This document shows, in pieces, positions 20,289 to 34,037 of a DNA stretch of 64,000 nucleotides (position 1 is its first letter; every line of letters starts with the position of its first letter). The notes beneath the pieces were generated by a model. That model saw only the letters and a program-made list of their open reading frames with translations. It did no database searches and was not told the origin of the DNA. Source of the stretch: a phage. The position numbers and the translations under genes were made by a program. Location: assembly GCA_036439915.1 (NCBI GenBank), contig GCA_036439915.1_3065.1; one strand, written 5' to 3'.

Positions 20289-20624
20289 TCACTTATAAAG
20301 ACACGGAATAGCTTTATAGTGACAAGTAACGAATTTTTGTTTAATTTCTTTTGGCTGCTTAAGACCCAGAGCTACAAAAGGATGCGGAACATTTCGAATT
20401 TGACCAACTGGAAGAGAAGTCAAATCACCAACTTCGCAGAAACCTTCAGGAACATCAGGACCAACAGAGTGAACTACACACAGTTCAGGAACTTCACCTT
20501 GAACACGTTTACCGATAATAAGTCCTGATTCTGTAACTTCTTCATCACCGGCTTGTGCAGGTTCAGAAACTAAAATAACATATTCACCGACAGCACGAAT
20601 TGGTAGCTGTTGTACTTCAGACAT
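20289..20624 (-). CDS. 31: gp31 co-chaperonin (GroES analogue)
   Basis: 111-aa ORF recognised as T4 gp31. Confidence 0.93.
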
Positions 20625-20680
20625 CGTTTTTCCTTTTTGTTAACAGATGAATTAATAATAACAAATAATTCTTAAAGCAT

Positions 20681-20989
20681 TTATTTACCAATAAATTGAA
20701 GCAAATGCTCAACTTTCATACCATTAACAGAAATCAATTTGTCAATAGAAAAACCTCGCCACTCGCCAAGCTCAACATCAAATACTGGAATCATATCAGT
20801 AGATTCTTTCCGAGCAGATTCAGTCAATTTACCAGTTTGCATGGTTGGCATAAAGTCAGCATCACGAGTACCTTTCATAGTACGAATAGTACCATCAGAC
20901 TTTTCAAAAACTACGTTTGAAACACCCATGGACAATTTAGTTTTCAAAATTTCACGAATTGCTACTTTCTTTTCAGTTGTCAGTTTCAT
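20681..20989 (-). CDS. hypothetical protein (31.1 position)
   Basis: 102-aa ORF; synteny. Confidence 0.65.
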   Translation of the reverse strand: MKLTTEKKVAIREILKTKLSMGVSNVVFEKSDGTIRTMKGTRDADFMPTMQTGKLTESARKESTDMIPVFDVELGEWRGFSIDKLISVNGMKVEHLLQFIGK

Positions 20990-21226
20990 TTATTTACCTA
21001 TTACAGTTTTAATATGAGTTGTTCCACGTTCTTTAAGGGTGGAAAGTAATTTTTGGCATTTTTCTAAATCAGATTTCCAACTATATGGTCTATCAATACT
21101 AGTCCAATCAGTTTTATAATACTGTTTCCATTTAGAGAAAAAATATTTCTTATACTCTACAGCAAACGAGATGTTCTCATTAGAATAAGAACTAATTGCT
21201 GTGAGCTGTACCAAACGAAATTTCAT
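20990..21226 (-). CDS. hypothetical protein (31.2 position)
   Basis: 78-aa ORF; synteny. Confidence 0.6.
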   Translation of the reverse strand: MKFRLVQLTAISSYSNENISFAVEYKKYFFSKWKQYYKTDWTSIDRPYSWKSDLEKCQKLLSTLKERGTTHIKTVIGK

Positions 21227-21807
21227 TATTCACCACAGAATTCGTTGATATTTTCCCAGTTTAACTTATTCAAGTTTTTCTTAGGAACATTAAACACTTC
21301 AATACCTGCATTTCGCAGAATATCATCCCAGCCAGGTTTATTTTTATCGTATGTTTCACAATAAACCAACTTTTTAATTCCAGATTGAGCTATTGCTTTT
21401 GCACAATCTGGGCAAGGAGAAAGTGTTACATACATAGTAGCACCTTCAATAGAAGAACCATTTCGTGCAGCAAACAAAATTGCGTTTAGTTCAGCATGAA
21501 TTTCATTTTTAGACGACCATTCAGAGTGAGCGCTACGGTGTTCTTTCGCCAAGACAAAGCGATCAGTTGAACCAAATGATACGCATTCAGGCTTATGGCC
21601 TTGGATAATAGTATGTTTAGGTTTATTCAGCAACCAACCTTGCTCAGCGGCATAATCACAACAGTTCACACCACCAGCAGGTGAACCATTATATCCGGTA
21701 GAAATAATACGTCCATTCTTTTCAATTACTGCTCCTACCTTCCAGGAGCAACATTTTGATTCTTGTGATACTAAATATGCAATTTGAAGTACTGTACTCG
21801 CTTTCAT
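21226..21807 (-). CDS. cd: dCMP deaminase
   Basis: 193-aa ORF; zinc-binding HAE...PCxxC motifs; recognised as T4 Cd. Confidence 0.93.
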   Translation of the reverse strand: MKASTVLQIAYLVSQESKCCSWKVGAVIEKNGRIISTGYNGSPAGGVNCCDYAAEQGWLLNKPKHTIIQGHKPECVSFGSTDRFVLAKEHRSAHSEWSSKNEIHAELNAILFAARNGSSIEGATMYVTLSPCPDCAKAIAQSGIKKLVYCETYDKNKPGWDDILRNAGIEVFNVPKKNLNKLNWENINEFCGE

Positions 21808-22142
21808 TTCATAATCACCAGATAAGCAGATTTAGCAGTTTCAACACGATAAATTTCATGACGAAGTTTAGTTATACTTTTAATAACAGAACTAATTATA
21901 TTCTGCCCATCTTTAAAGCGGTTTTTCTTATCAATAAAAATTGCACCAGTCATCTTTTTGTGAAGCTCAACTGGATACTTCGTCACAATAATAGCATCAT
22001 ACACAGAAGGATGAATACTATTCACCAGAGTATCATTCATTAAAGTTATTCTAATGAACTTTGCTGTTTCAGAGTCAAGCGCTCTATGATCGCCAGTATC
22101 ATTTTCAAGACAATTATCAATTATATCAGTTAAATTCATCAT
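21804..22142 (-). CDS. hypothetical protein (cd.1 position)
   Basis: 112-aa ORF. Confidence 0.6.
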   Translation of the reverse strand: MMNLTDIIDNCLENDTGDHRALDSETAKFIRITLMNDTLVNSIHPSVYDAIIVTKYPVELHKKMTGAIFIDKKNRFKDGQNIISSVIKSITKLRHEIYRVETAKSAYLVIMK

Positions 22143-22375
22143 AGTACGCCATACACCCTTTGTGCTTCAACTAATCCATCAAAATCTAATTTAAGATGCG
22201 ATATTTGATCGCCATCACCTGGATTCACAATTACTAATACTGAACGAGGAGTTTCGGTAATAACACGAACCGATGTTTCAGGAAATCGTTCAGAAATCCT
22301 ATTTACTAATTCCTGCGCAAATAGTTTAACTTTTTCTTGGAATTCTTTAACAGTAATTGGTTTTTCACTTAGCAT
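22139..22375 (-). CDS. hypothetical protein (cd.2 position)
   Basis: 78-aa ORF. Confidence 0.55.
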   Translation of the reverse strand: MLSEKPITVKEFQEKVKLFAQELVNRISERFPETSVRVITETPRSVLVIVNPGDGDQISHLKLDFDGLVEAQRVYGVL

Positions 22376-22896
22376 GTTGATCCCAGCTCCTTACTTTCAA
22401 CGTTTTTAACTAATTTGACAGAAACTAATTCAGCATCTTGGGTAATCATTACCGGACCTTCTTCATACTCTTCAAGATATTCTAGAGCTTTCTTTTTAGC
22501 TTCTTCCTTCGTATCAGTTTGAGCATAGATATAGAACATACAACCAGTAATACCTACTACTTTCCACTTAATTTCTTTATCAGTTTTAATTTCAAATTTA
22601 CTTACAGAATCATCTTTTTGAACTTCTTCGAAAAAAGAATATTCTAACATATAAGCAATTGAAAATAACGGGCTAACTTTATAGGATTCACCCATTACAT
22701 CAACAGCTTTATACCAGCAGTCATCAATTTCGCGTTTAATGCTAATAACATTTTTCGCAGGGTCAATTTTTACTTTAAATGAATTTTCCCCAATAAACTG
22801 GGCAATTCGTTTATTAGCCCCGCAAGTTTCATTAAAAATATCTTTATATCCAGCTTTAAAGCGATAAACCTTATCTTCTTCAAACCATTCGCTCAT
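22369..22896 (-). CDS. hypothetical protein (cd.3 position)
   Basis: 175-aa ORF. Confidence 0.6.
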   Translation of the reverse strand: MSEWFEEDKVYRFKAGYKDIFNETCGANKRIAQFIGENSFKVKIDPAKNVISIKREIDDCWYKAVDVMGESYKVSPLFSIAYMLEYSFFEEVQKDDSVSKFEIKTDKEIKWKVVGITGCMFYIYAQTDTKEEAKKKALEYLEEYEEGPVMITQDAELVSVKLVKNVESKELGSTC

Positions 22897-22958
22897 TTCA
22901 ATTTCCTCATTTGTTTTGGTAGAGCTATAATATCACAACTCTACCGTAAAGTAAACTA

Positions 22959-23234
22959 TTAAATTGCTTTGAATTCTGATGTCTGTGATTCAAAGCGAAT
23001 GTCGCCTTTGATAACTAGCTCAGCATCAAGACCGAATACGACAATGATATGCGCTGAACCTGGATACAACGTGATGGCAACAGAATCCACCTGGTCTGGA
23101 AGCAAAGTATTCAATACATGAGTCACTTGAGCATGGATTCGAAGCTCAGCTGCATTATCAAGTTTTTCAAACATATTATTAGCGATAATTTGGCTAAACA
23201 CTACTTCTACGATTTTAGAGTAAGTCGGAAACAT
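22959..23234 (-). CDS. hypothetical protein (cd.4 position)
   Basis: 91-aa ORF. Confidence 0.55.
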   Translation of the reverse strand: MFPTYSKIVEVVFSQIIANNMFEKLDNAAELRIHAQVTHVLNTLLPDQVDSVAITLYPGSAHIIVVFGLDAELVIKGDIRFESQTSEFKAI

Positions 23235-23236
23235 AT

Positions 23237-23429
23237 TTACCTCACATAATTTTCTTCAAGCCAATCAATAACATCCAAAGCGTTATCAAAAGTTGAACCA
23301 TCTACTCTGTCTTCTGTTTCATAATCAAGAACATCTAAGCCTACTCTTCCATCAACAATAGGCCATAAACAAAATAGATATTTCTTTTCTTTTTCAATTT
23401 TATCACAAAGATGATAAATCTTTTCTAGG

Positions 23430-23437
<8 letters not shown>
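23237..23437 (-). CDS. hypothetical protein (cd.5 position)
   Basis: 66-aa ORF. Confidence 0.5.
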
Positions 23438-24827
<1,390 letters not shown>

Positions 24828-24831
<4 letters not shown>

Positions 24832-25058
24832 TTATTTTTCTCAACCAATGATTGAATATAATCATGCAGGTCTTTAGATGCTTTACCCCACTTATTTTGA
24901 TATTCATTTTTGAGATTAGCGCGTGATTGAGCTAATAAAACATCATTAGTTGGAGGTAAAGATTCTAATCGTTGAATCTGTCGTCCATAAATCATTGCAG
25001 CCATCTCGGATTCATAAATTAATCCTTTTAGATGTTCAAATTGATACCATGAAATCAT
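24828..25058 (-). CDS. hypothetical protein (pseT.1 region)
   Basis: 76-aa ORF. Confidence 0.55.
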
Positions 25059-25354
25059 TTACATTTATCCTCTTTTAGCTCTTGGCGATAATAACATATC
25101 ATAGTTTTCTGGTCATGTACATATCGTTTTACATCATTAAGCCAAATACGAAATTCCTGAGAATCTTCAAATGGCATACCTACCCAAGCTTTACCATCAA
25201 TAACTTTAACTTGCCAAGATAGTTTAGCTTCGTCATATGACTTTATTTGCACAGGCCAATTAGGATGAACTGTTTCTTTCTTTACTTCTAGAGGCTTTGT
25301 CGAACAACCAACTAGAAGACCAATAGATAATATTACTGCAGATAATTTAATCAT
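25055..25354 (-). CDS. o-spanin-like outer-membrane lipoprotein
   Basis: 99-aa ORF; signal peptide with lipobox LVGC; 4-nt overlap with i-spanin-like gene. Confidence 0.7.
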   Translation of the reverse strand: MIKLSAVILSIGLLVGCSTKPLEVKKETVHPNWPVQIKSYDEAKLSWQVKVIDGKAWVGMPFEDSQEFRIWLNDVKRYVHDQKTMICYYRQELKEDKCK

Positions 25355-25704
25355 TTAGAAAGGTCCTGGATGTCTTCTGCGAACTTGTTGAAGGAGTTGT
25401 TGATTTGTTTTTCAACCAATCCTGGCTTACGAGCCACCACATCCGCCTTCTTTGCATCTTTGCGCAGTTTTTCATTTTCACGCTCAATAGCAGCAATCGC
25501 CTCACGATTTTTATTATTCATCGCATCAATATAATTATACTGAATTCGCAAATTATTTAATGCTAAGGCGTTTTCATTGGCCGTTTTTGTAATTTCTACA
25601 ACAGACGTTTCTAATCTTTCTACCTTATTTTTTAAAATAATAGATGTTCCGCCAAATGCTATTACAAGTAATAGCAATCCAGCTGTAAAATTACTTACAT
25701 GCAT
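25351..25704 (-). CDS. i-spanin-like protein
   Basis: 117-aa ORF; N-terminal TM helix then charged coiled-coil-like region. Confidence 0.7.
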   Translation of the reverse strand: MHVSNFTAGLLLLVIAFGGTSIILKNKVERLETSVVEITKTANENALALNNLRIQYNYIDAMNNKNREAIAAIERENEKLRKDAKKADVVARKPGLVEKQINNSFNKFAEDIQDLSK

Positions 25705-26201
25705 AAAGTTTTAATAACCTCTATAATATCGTCTTGAGAAAGACCGTTAATTAAAATATGATGTTCAGCTGGAGATTTAGAAATTTTAAAGCATGCCTCA
25801 ACATCTTCTGCCATATCCGATGCACTACGATTTGGATTACTAATTCCAAGACGATGTTTTCCCGTCAAAGGATTAACGATGATATAGCATTTGCAGCTAT
25901 TGATATGAACATTAGGCTGAGTCTGATTAATGAATACTTCGCACTCATACTTAGCGAGTTGATTTTCTAAAAAGACTTTCATCTCCTCAACCGCATCAGG
26001 AAGCATATCACGGGCTTGCTCAAGACGACGATTTCGATATTCTTTAATGGTCGTTTTCCGTTTGACTTGCTTAGCTAAATCTTTCTTAAGATCGGTGATA
26101 TATCCAACTCGACGATTTCCTTTAAATACAGAAATCCCATCCGTAGTATCACCGTATGCTTCAACAACCATTTCAGTAGTAATAAGCTGCAAATCCATCA
26201 T
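25695..26201 (-). CDS. alc: Alc transcription terminator protein
   Basis: 168-aa ORF recognised as T4 Alc. Confidence 0.85.
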   Translation of the reverse strand: MMDLQLITTEMVVEAYGDTTDGISVFKGNRRVGYITDLKKDLAKQVKRKTTIKEYRNRRLEQARDMLPDAVEEMKVFLENQLAKYECEVFINQTQPNVHINSCKCYIIVNPLTGKHRLGISNPNRSASDMAEDVEACFKISKSPAEHHILINGLSQDDIIEVIKTLCM

Positions 26202-26219
26202 AAAGTCCTCATGTTATGT

Positions 26220-26260
26220 CAGTAAAACTACTATAACACAACACGAGGGACTTGTAAACA
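26220..26260 (-). promoter_or_regulatory. T4-type early promoter upstream of alc
   Basis: GTTTAC -35 and TATAGT -10; near-identical to copy at 10425-10466. Confidence 0.6.
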
Positions 26261-26262
26261 GC

Positions 26263-27850
<1,588 letters not shown>

Positions 27851-27858
27851 AATAAAAT

Positions 27859-27872
27859 GGGCCTTGCGGCCC
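27859..27872 (-). promoter_or_regulatory. GCAA-tetraloop hairpin between nrdB stop and denA start
   Basis: gggcc-gcaa-ggccc 8 nt upstream of denA AUG; only SD-like AAGGAG lies 5' of the hairpin. Confidence 0.5.
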
Positions 27873-27877
27873 ACTCC

Positions 27878-29056
27878 TTAAAAGTATTTTTTAAAACTCA
27901 TCATAACTTTATCATCAACATCATTATCAATCTGTGCAACAAGATAAGATGACAGTTCTACTTCTTGTGGCGCGGATTGAACATTATCAGAATTAAGGTA
28001 TTCACGAATCCAAGGATATGGATGTTTAACCGGAGCATCGGTAATTGGGCATGGAAGACCACACTGTTTCATACGAGATACAGTTAAATAATCAATAAAG
28101 CTCCACATGCTATTTGTATTTAATCCAGGAACATCGCCATCTTTAAATAAATGAACTGCCCAATCTTTTTCTTGGCGGTTAACTTCCATGAAAATATCAA
28201 CTGCTTCTTGTTCACACTCTTGAGCAATTTTAACCCATTCATCACCATCAGTGCCAAGTTGAAGTTGACGAATAATATACTGGGTGCCTTTAAGGTGAAG
28301 CTGCTCATCACGTGCAATGAACTTCATAATCTTCGCATTACCTTCCATGATTTCCATATTTTTATGGAAGTTGAAAGTACATGCAAAGGATACATAAAAA
28401 CGAATAGCTTCCAGGGCATTGATAACATGAAGGCAGAGATAAAGCGACTTCATCAATGCATATTTACATTCTTCCACATGCATAAGACTATTTGAATATG
28501 CATCTAAATCATATTCATTTTCGGAAAAACATTTAAAAATTTCTTTTGCATTTTCCCATTCGCGCGTCTTAACCAGAACATCATCATAATAACGACCAAT
28601 AGATTCAGCACGTTTCATGATAGCTTTATCTAATACAATCTCATCAAATACCTTTGACGGATCAGTATAAAGATTTCGCATAATATGAGTGTATGAACGA
28701 CTGTGAATAGTTTCACTAAAAGTCCATGTAGCAACCCATGTATCAAGACTTGGGTCTGAAATTAACGACATAAGTACAGCAGACGGTGCACGACCCTGAA
28801 TGCTATCTAGAAGTGATTGATACTTCAGGTTATTAGTAAAAATATCTTGCTGATATTGAGGAAGCTTGTTAAATTGCGCAGCATCCATCATTAAGTTTAC
28901 TTCTTCAGGACGCCAGAAAAATGACAATTGCTTTTCGGTTAAATCTTCAAAAACTTTATGACGTTGAATATCATAACGCGCAATACCAAGACCTGAACCG
29001 AAGAACATAGGTTCTTTTAAAACATCAACTGGATTTGTATTAAAAACTGTGCTCAT
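27878..29056 (-). CDS. nrdB: ribonucleotide reductase beta subunit, intron-less
   Basis: contiguous 392-aa ORF recognised as T4 NrdB. Confidence 0.93.
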   Translation of the reverse strand: MSTVFNTNPVDVLKEPMFFGSGLGIARYDIQRHKVFEDLTEKQLSFFWRPEEVNLMMDAAQFNKLPQYQQDIFTNNLKYQSLLDSIQGRAPSAVLMSLISDPSLDTWVATWTFSETIHSRSYTHIMRNLYTDPSKVFDEIVLDKAIMKRAESIGRYYDDVLVKTREWENAKEIFKCFSENEYDLDAYSNSLMHVEECKYALMKSLYLCLHVINALEAIRFYVSFACTFNFHKNMEIMEGNAKIMKFIARDEQLHLKGTQYIIRQLQLGTDGDEWVKIAQECEQEAVDIFMEVNRQEKDWAVHLFKDGDVPGLNTNSMWSFIDYLTVSRMKQCGLPCPITDAPVKHPYPWIREYLNSDNVQSAPQEVELSSYLVAQIDNDVDDKVMMSFKKYF

Positions 29057-29107
29057 AAATTTTCCGCTTAGTTAATAGTTGGTGACTCGTCCGTGAGTCA
29101 AATTATA

Positions 29108-31372
29108 TCATAATTTACAGGATGAACAATCTTCAGCTTTTGGAGTTTCTATTTCATAATCATCAGTACCAGAACCGTCACGGGTATTATGATAATAGAA
29201 ATTTTTTCCGCCAAAATACCAAAAATACAAAAGGTCATCAATCATTATTGACATTGGAACCTTTCCTTTTGGAAAAATCTGTGGGTCATAATATGTATTC
29301 GCCGAAGCTGATTGACAAACCCATTTCAGCATAATAGCTACCTGCGTAAGATAAGGTTTATTACCTTTCTTAGCTAATTTCCATGTATAATCATAAAGGT
29401 CTATGTTATGCTCAATATTGGGCACGACTTGATTAAAGGAGCCCTCTTTTGATTCTTTAACAGAGACTGGTCCACGTGGAGGCTCGATACCGTTTGTACT
29501 GTTAGAAACTTGGGAAGATGACTCACATGGCATAAGTGCTGATAATGTGCTATTACGGATGCCAAAGAGCTTAAGGTCTTCCCGCAGCGACGACCAGTCA
29601 CAAACGTATTTTGGAGCTGCGATTTGGTCAATCTTTTTATTGTACCAGTCGATAGGTAATTCGCCTCGAGACCAACGAGTGTCTGAATAATATTCACAAG
29701 GTCCTTTTTCTTTGGCGAGTTTAATGGATGCTTTAATGAGTCCATACTGTAATCTCTCAAATAGTTCATGTGTTAAATCGTTAGCATCTTCATAAGAAGC
29801 AAAGTTACTTGCCAACCAAGCTGCATAGTTAGTAACACCTACACCGAGGTTACGACGCTTTTTAGCTTTTTCTGCTTCAGGAACTGGATATCCTTGGTAA
29901 TCCAAAAGATTATCAAGAGCACGAACCTGGACTTCTGCCAATTCATTAATTTTATCTTGGTCTTGCCAGTCAAAATTATCCAGTACGAATGCAGAGAGAG
30001 TACACAATCCAATTTCAGCATCAGGACTATTCACATCATTTGTTGGAATAGCAATTTCACAGCACAAGTTACTCTGACGAATAGGTGCCTTTTCACGAAT
30101 AAACGGAGTATAGTTATTCGTATTATCAATGAACTGTACATAAATCCTTGCTGTTCCTGAGCGTTCAGTCATGAGCAATTCAAATAGTTCACGAGCTTTA
30201 ATACGCTTTTTACGAATATTAGGGTCTTTTTCTGCGGCTTCATACAATTCACGGAAACGGTCTTGGTCTTTAAAATAAGAATAATAAAGCTCTCCGCCCA
30301 TTTCATGGGGACTGAACAAAGTAATGTAATCGTTCTTTCCGAATCGTTCCATCATCAAATCATTCAGCTGAACACCATAATCCATATGACGAATGCGGTT
30401 TTCTTCTACGCCTTTGTTATTTTTCAAAACAAGAAGATTTTCAACTTCCAAATGCCAAATAGGATAATAAGCAGTAGCAGCGCCGCCACGAATTCCACCC
30501 TGTGAGCATGATTTAACAGCAGTCTGAAAATGTTTCCAAAAAGGAATAACACCAGTATGGCGTACTTCACCCATGCCAATCTTAGAACCTTCAGCACGAA
30601 TCATACCAACGTTAATACCAATTCCAGCGCGTTTAGAGATATATTCAACAATTGAAGCGGAAGCCTTATTGATAGACTTTAATGAATCACCTGCCTCAAT
30701 AACAACGCATGAACTAAACTGCCGGGTTGGAGTACGGCAACCAGCCATAATAGGAGTTGGCAATGAAATCTGTCGAGTAGATACTGCTTCATAAAAACGG
30801 ATAACGTGTTTTAATCTATCAACAGGTTCATCTTGATGCAATGCCATTCCAATAGTCATAAATGCAAACTGTGGAGTTTCATAAATTTGACCAGTGGTTT
30901 TATCTTTAACTAGATATTTTTCTTTTAATTGCATCGCCCCGGAATAAGTAAATTCCATATCCCGCTCGTGCTTAATTTTTGATTCTAAAAATGTAATTTC
31001 TTCTGCAGAATATTTTGACAACAATTCAGGGTCGTATTTACCTTCATTTACACAGTAAGAAATATGGTCAATAAATGAACGTGGTTCATACTGCCCATAA
31101 ACATGCTTACGAAGAGCAAACATTAAACAGCGTGCAGCTACATATTGATAATCAGGTTCTTCAACCGAAATAGAATTCGCAGCGGCCTTAATGACAATAG
31201 TCTGAATATCATCAGTTGTCATTCCATCACGGAGATATGATTTAATATTTTCATATAATTCATAAGGATCTACAGATGTTCCTTCAGCTGCCCAAGATAA
31301 AACTTTAATAATTTTTTGCGGGTCAAAGCTCTGAGAAACACCACTACTTTTGATAACATTAATTAATTGCAT
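29108..31372 (-). CDS. nrdA: ribonucleotide reductase alpha subunit
   Basis: 754-aa ORF recognised as T4 NrdA. Confidence 0.95.
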   Translation of the reverse strand: MQLINVIKSSGVSQSFDPQKIIKVLSWAAEGTSVDPYELYENIKSYLRDGMTTDDIQTIVIKAAANSISVEEPDYQYVAARCLMFALRKHVYGQYEPRSFIDHISYCVNEGKYDPELLSKYSAEEITFLESKIKHERDMEFTYSGAMQLKEKYLVKDKTTGQIYETPQFAFMTIGMALHQDEPVDRLKHVIRFYEAVSTRQISLPTPIMAGCRTPTRQFSSCVVIEAGDSLKSINKASASIVEYISKRAGIGINVGMIRAEGSKIGMGEVRHTGVIPFWKHFQTAVKSCSQGGIRGGAATAYYPIWHLEVENLLVLKNNKGVEENRIRHMDYGVQLNDLMMERFGKNDYITLFSPHEMGGELYYSYFKDQDRFRELYEAAEKDPNIRKKRIKARELFELLMTERSGTARIYVQFIDNTNNYTPFIREKAPIRQSNLCCEIAIPTNDVNSPDAEIGLCTLSAFVLDNFDWQDQDKINELAEVQVRALDNLLDYQGYPVPEAEKAKKRRNLGVGVTNYAAWLASNFASYEDANDLTHELFERLQYGLIKASIKLAKEKGPCEYYSDTRWSRGELPIDWYNKKIDQIAAPKYVCDWSSLREDLKLFGIRNSTLSALMPCESSSQVSNSTNGIEPPRGPVSVKESKEGSFNQVVPNIEHNIDLYDYTWKLAKKGNKPYLTQVAIMLKWVCQSASANTYYDPQIFPKGKVPMSIMIDDLLYFWYFGGKNFYYHNTRDGSGTDDYEIETPKAEDCSSCKL

Positions 31373-31689
31373 AAGTCCTCAACTTGAAAATCGTCTTTAA
31401 ACAATCGGTTAACTATATGAGCTATTATATCACCATGACACGGCTTTGGTTTACATGTGCATCCTAGCCTCATTCCACGTAAAGGCTCTAAATGTGCTTT
31501 AGTTATTTCTCCGGATTTAATTCGACGTATAAAATCTTTTTTGAATAATTCAATGGCAGCCTCCCGGCTGCCAGCATCTTTACCGACGTAATTTCCCCAA
31601 AATGTACCACGGTGAATATTAACATCAAAGTCGGATTTATATTTATTCACTACCCGGCATAGACTGCCCGCGCGGTTGTAGGTGTTCAT
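31363..31689 (-). CDS. hypothetical protein (nrdA.1 position)
   Basis: 108-aa ORF. Confidence 0.65.
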   Translation of the reverse strand: MNTYNRAGSLCRVVNKYKSDFDVNIHRGTFWGNYVGKDAGSREAAIELFKKDFIRRIKSGEITKAHLEPLRGMRLGCTCKPKPCHGDIIAHIVNRLFKDDFQVEDLCN

Positions 31690-31918
31690 ATTGTTCTTCC
31701 GTTAAAACAGTAATATCGTAGTAACAGTCAGAAGAAGTTTTAACTGTGGAAATTTTATTATCAAAATACTCACGAGTCATTTTATGAGTATAATATTTTT
31801 TGCCATAAATGATAATAGGCTGATTTGGTCCTGGAACTTCTAACTCACTTGGATTAGGAAGTGTAAAAAGAACTACACCAGAAGTATCTTTAAATCGTAA
31901 AATCATATATCCTCGCAA
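31643..31918 (-). CDS. hypothetical protein (nrdA.2 position)
   Basis: 91-aa ORF. Confidence 0.6.
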   Translation of the reverse strand: MRGYMILRFKDTSGVVLFTLPNPSELEVPGPNQPIIIYGKKYYTHKMTREYFDNKISTVKTSSDCYYDITVLTEEQYEHLQPRGQSMPGSE

Positions 31919-31926
31919 TAATAAAA

Positions 31927-32787
31927 TTACACCGCCATCTTTCCTTTAATAGGAGGATGTGATTCATAGTTGTTAAGAACAAAATTATGAGGCTTTGCAA
32001 ATTGACTCAACCAAAATACCTGCGATTCTGTGTCCCATTCATCAAATTCATCTGGAAATTTTAATTGTAATTCGCATAAATCCATAGGTTCACGACATAA
32101 AATTTCTTTACATTGTTCTACGTGATTCATATAGATATGAGTATTACCACCAGAAAATATCAAATCTCCCGGAATAAGATTACACATTTTAGCTACAATA
32201 TGAACTAACGTAGCATATGATGCAATATTAAATGGAAGACCGAGGAAAACATCTACCGAACGTTGATACCACTGAAGGTCAAGGTATCCATTACGCACAT
32301 TAAACTGATAGAACATGTGACAAGGCGGTAATGCCATTTGCTTGAGTTCAGCTGGATTCCATGCTGAAACAACTTGACGTCTATCATTTGGCAGTTTTTT
32401 AATACGATCAATAACTTCTACAATTTGGTCTACACCGCCAAAATCACGCCACTGTTTTCCATAAATTGGACCAAGTTCACCGCTATGGTATCCTAAATCT
32501 TTTGCTTGATTTTCGTAATTTTCATCCCAGACTGTTTTGCCTTGAATTAATGAATCATGTTGAATTAATCGCAAATCATTTACATTTGTGCTTCCTGATA
32601 AAAACCATATTAGCTCAGCAATGCATGCATTCCAGGCGAGCTTTTTAGTTGTTACTGCAGGAAAACCTTTAGTTAAATCCCAACGCAATTTAGTACCGAA
32701 CAGAGCAATTGTTCCTGTGCCTGTTCGGTCATCAGTTTCATAACCATTTTCAAAAATGTCTTTAATTAAATCTTGGTATTGTTTCAT
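31927..32787 (-). CDS. td: thymidylate synthase, intron-less
   Basis: contiguous 286-aa ORF recognised as T4 Td. Confidence 0.95.
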   Translation of the reverse strand: MKQYQDLIKDIFENGYETDDRTGTGTIALFGTKLRWDLTKGFPAVTTKKLAWNACIAELIWFLSGSTNVNDLRLIQHDSLIQGKTVWDENYENQAKDLGYHSGELGPIYGKQWRDFGGVDQIVEVIDRIKKLPNDRRQVVSAWNPAELKQMALPPCHMFYQFNVRNGYLDLQWYQRSVDVFLGLPFNIASYATLVHIVAKMCNLIPGDLIFSGGNTHIYMNHVEQCKEILCREPMDLCELQLKFPDEFDEWDTESQVFWLSQFAKPHNFVLNNYESHPPIKGKMAV

Positions 32788-32832
32788 TTAGTACCTTATA
32801 TAAATTATAATACATTTTATGAAGCTAAATAA

Positions 32833-33180
32833 TCAATACGGTTTAGCATCAAATTTTCTCTCAATTTCAGGCGTGAAATATAATTCTTTACCGCGTTTGG
32901 AAAAGCGACCAATAATATGATAATTATTCTCATCAAACGTGATATTACCAATATCCATAGCTTTCAACCAAATATCGATATTTCTATCCAGCTTTATGTC
33001 AAAATTCCAATACGGAGAACTATTACCGAAAATACTACAAGCGGATTCAGTGAAACAACTGCTATAAATCTTGTCTTTAGGAACTACTAATTGATAGACA
33101 CCTTTAATAAACTGAGGACCCTGCCACTTTGGCTGTTTCTCATCTTTTTCTAATAGAATAGGGTAATAATTAAAATTCAT
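32833..33180 (-). CDS. hypothetical protein inserted between frd and td
   Basis: 115-aa ORF in a 412-bp spacer; no recognisable motifs. Confidence 0.6.
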   Translation of the reverse strand: MNFNYYPILLEKDEKQPKWQGPQFIKGVYQLVVPKDKIYSSCFTESACSIFGNSSPYWNFDIKLDRNIDIWLKAMDIGNITFDENNYHIIGRFSKRGKELYFTPEIERKFDAKPY

Positions 33181-33199
33181 ATTTCCGCCGCGCGTTATT

Positions 33200-34026
<827 letters not shown>

Positions 34027-34037
34027 ATTATCTCCTA

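Noticed and set aside
31927-32787. Searched td and nrdB for group I introns and embedded homing-endonuclease ORFs
   Set aside because: Both genes are continuous full-length ORFs, so no intron or HEG is present.
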